The position numbers and the translations under genes were made by a program. The notes below the pieces were generated by a model, which saw nothing but the letters and a program-made list of their open reading frames with translations, did not search any database and had not been told where the DNA came from. DNA of 64,000 bases from Candidatus Aminicenantes bacterium (GTDB taxonomy: Bacteria > Acidobacteriota > Aminicenantia > Aminicenantales > UBA4085): contig JAPKZI010000044.1 of assembly GCA_026393865.1 (NCBI GenBank), forward strand, positions 571 through 64,570, written 5' to 3'. The stretch's first letter is position 1. The number at the start of each line of letters is the position of its first letter. Positions 62,538-64,000 of the stretch are shown here, in pieces.

Positions 62538-63230
62538 TTAGAAGAGGGCCGAGTTGATGGCGTAGAGCGCCAGCTGGAGACGGCTGTGCGTGTCGAGCTT
62601 GGCGTAGATGCTCTTGATGTGCGAGCGGACCGTGTTCTTGCTGATGAAGAGGATCTCGGCGATGTCGTCGTTGCTCTTGCCCTGACCGATGAGCTTGAGG
62701 ACCTGGAATTCGGTCGGCGTGAGCTGGTCGAGGGTCTTCTCCTTCATGTCGCGCCCGACGACCGCGATGATCCGGTCCATGATGCTGCTCATCTTGTCCC
62801 GCGGCAGCCAGATCTCGCCGCGGTGGATGACTCGGACGGCCTCCGGGAGCTGTTCGGAGGGATCGTTCAGGTCGAAATAGCCCCGCGCTCCGACGTTGAT
62901 GAGGCTGACGATCTCCTCGTGCGAGGGAATGTTCCCGACGAGGAGCATCTGCGATTTGATCTGGTCCTTGGAGATCTCGCGGATCGCCTTGCAGATCTCG
63001 CGCATGTTGGGGAGCGTCTCGGTGCTGGCGAAGAGGATGACGTGGGGCTGGAGCTTGCGGATCGAGTCCATCAAGGACTCGATGGTGTTCTTTTCGATGG
63101 TGACGACTTCGATCTGCGGGTCGGTCTCAAGGGCTTTCAGGATCCCGGAGAGGATCAGGCCCGACGGGCAAAAGATGAGGACCTTGACCGTCGTCGCGTC
63201 CGAAGAGGAGGTGTCTTTCTTTTTGTTCAT
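62538..63230 (-). CDS. LuxR/NarL-family regulator with pseudo-receiver domain
   Basis: C-terminal HTH 'LTPTEFQVLKLIGQGKSNDDIAEILFISKNTVRSHIKSIYAKL'. N-terminal REC-like fold lacks the acidic pair ('VLIFCPSG'), the phospho-Asp ('HVILFAST') and the conserved Lys. Confidence 0.8.
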   Translation of the reverse strand: MNKKKDTSSSDATTVKVLIFCPSGLILSGILKALETDPQIEVVTIEKNTIESLMDSIRKLQPHVILFASTETLPNMREICKAIREISKDQIKSQMLLVGNIPSHEEIVSLINVGARGYFDLNDPSEQLPEAVRVIHRGEIWLPRDKMSSIMDRIIAVVGRDMKEKTLDQLTPTEFQVLKLIGQGKSNDDIAEILFISKNTVRSHIKSIYAKLDTHSRLQLALYAINSALF

Positions 63231-63287
63231 GCGTTTTTGCGTCCCTTAGGCAATTTTGGTCCTGTCATTTCTCTCTGATTGGATGGA

Positions 63288-63316
63288 ATTCTATTAAATC
63301 GAATCCGGGATGTCAA
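63288..63316 (-). promoter_or_regulatory. sigma70-like promoter for the LuxR-family gene
   Basis: Minus strand: TTGACA (63316-63311), 17-nt spacer, TAGAAT (63293-63288). Preceded by hairpin CGGTCC-gaa-GGACCG after the upstream PilZ gene. Confidence 0.5.
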
Positions 63317-63351
63317 GGAAGGGCGGCGGTCCTTCGGACCGGCATGAGGTC

Positions 63352-63732
63352 TTAGAGTTGAACCTGAAAATTCCTGTCGAGCTTTACCGAGATGAGCTGG
63401 TTCTTGGTCTTGATAGAGACGTCCGCTTTGACGAAAGCGACCGTCCCGGAAAGACGAAGGTCGAAGCGCTTTTCGAGATAAAAGGTCTGAGGGACCCGGA
63501 GGCAGAGCAGAAGCTTCGTCCCGACCATCACCTTGGCCTGAAGGCAGAGAACGGCCTCCTGGGCGCTGAGCGACGAGACTTCCGTATGTTCCAAGAATTC
63601 CCGTTCGGCGGCGTCGAAGCCTTTGACCAACGCGGGAAGACAGAGCTCGAAGGACCGCTCCCTCTTCCGCGTTTCGGAAAAACCTTGAATGGAGGAGGTA
63701 TCGTTCACGTTCATATCCATGAGAGTGATCAC
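63352..63732 (-). CDS. PilZ-like protein with degenerate second motif
   Basis: 'RKRER' (RxxxR) is present, but the D/N-x-S-x-x-G position reads 'SLSAQE'. The start overlaps the upstream PilZ stop by 4 nt. Confidence 0.55.
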   Translation of the reverse strand: MITLMDMNVNDTSSIQGFSETRKRERSFELCLPALVKGFDAAEREFLEHTEVSSLSAQEAVLCLQAKVMVGTKLLLCLRVPQTFYLEKRFDLRLSGTVAFVKADVSIKTKNQLISVKLDRNFQVQL

Positions 63733-64000
63733 GCGTCGGGTCGGATGATGTATTTGCTGTCGAACTTGATCGTGACCTTCTGGCGGATGAGGCGGTCGCG
63801 GTCGGCTTCGACATGGGTCACTTTGCCTTTGATGACCATTTTCAGGGACTTGTCCTGGGCGAGCTTCTCCGGTAGGTCGATGATCAGTTTCAACCGCATC
63901 CCGATATTGATCGGATTCTTGATGTAAAACGTCGATCCCTCATGGCTGATGTAGGTCAGGACCGTGTCCTCGGCGAATTCTTTTCCCCGGGCGTTCAAGC
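63729..64000 (-). CDS. PilZ domain protein, C-terminal part (5' end beyond window)
   Basis: ORF open to the window edge. 'YISHEGSTFY' occupies the x-S-x-x-G motif position. The beta-barrel-like remainder is similar in pattern to the neighbouring PilZ genes. Confidence 0.5.
   Translation of the reverse strand, partial: LNARGKEFAEDTVLTYISHEGSTFYIKNPINIGMRLKLIIDLPEKLAQDKSLKMVIKGKVTHVEADRDRLIRQKVTIKFDSKYIIRPDA

Overview
GC-rich (roughly 60% by eye, not computed), densely coded bacterial chromosomal segment. I support 58 protein-coding genes (two cut by the window edges) and one tRNA-Ser(GCU). I saw no rRNA, CRISPR array, transposase, integrase or phage genes. Most long ORFs in the six-frame track are antisense or out-of-frame shadows of real genes, as expected at this GC content. 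Several real genes start well inside their track ORF. Left to right: cyclase-PEGA gene (partial); tRNA-Ser; a glycan-utilisation-like block (GH106-like lipoprotein, UPF0371, Yip1-like, GH15-like, MFS, cupin); flavodiiron protein; OSBS/NAAAR-family enolase. Next is a minus-strand operon of GldA/F/G-like ABC transporter, DUF4340, mutY and an uncharacterised DHH/MYG1-motif protein, followed by argS. Then an Arn-like sugar-modification operon (GT2, cupin, DegT aminotransferase, methyltransferase); a gcvT-gcvH-gcvPA-gcvPB-glyQ-glyS array; PilZ; glgC; LemA plus two TPM proteins; an M20 peptidase; a TetR-TolC-MFP-RND efflux operon; fbp. Then a DUF362 / Tat-signal AmrS-type radical SAM / polytopic SpeE-like operon; two hypothetical genes; a DUF1844-ribF-pyrR-pyrC-rnc-Cys-rich gene string; mazG; SPOR-lnt-prfB; an IHF-like gene; a DHS-like gene; coaE; and a terminal cluster of three PilZ genes around a pseudo-receiver LuxR regulator. 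The best candidates for undescribed biology are: (1) the DUF362 / exported radical SAM / degenerate SpeE membrane-protein operon; (2) the mutY-coupled protein with permuted DHH/MYG1-like motifs; (3) the PilZ array with the phospho-blind LuxR regulator; (4) a 25-bp perfect inverted repeat flanking an AT-rich core upstream of argS. Also seen: the classical prfB +1 frameshift site, a conserved MutY N-terminus encoded upstream of any canonical start codon, recurrent extended -10 promoters, and near-leaderless genes. All family assignments come from motif recognition by eye. No database search was run. Taxon cannot be assigned from this window; an Acidobacteriota-like or related uncultured lineage is only a guess.
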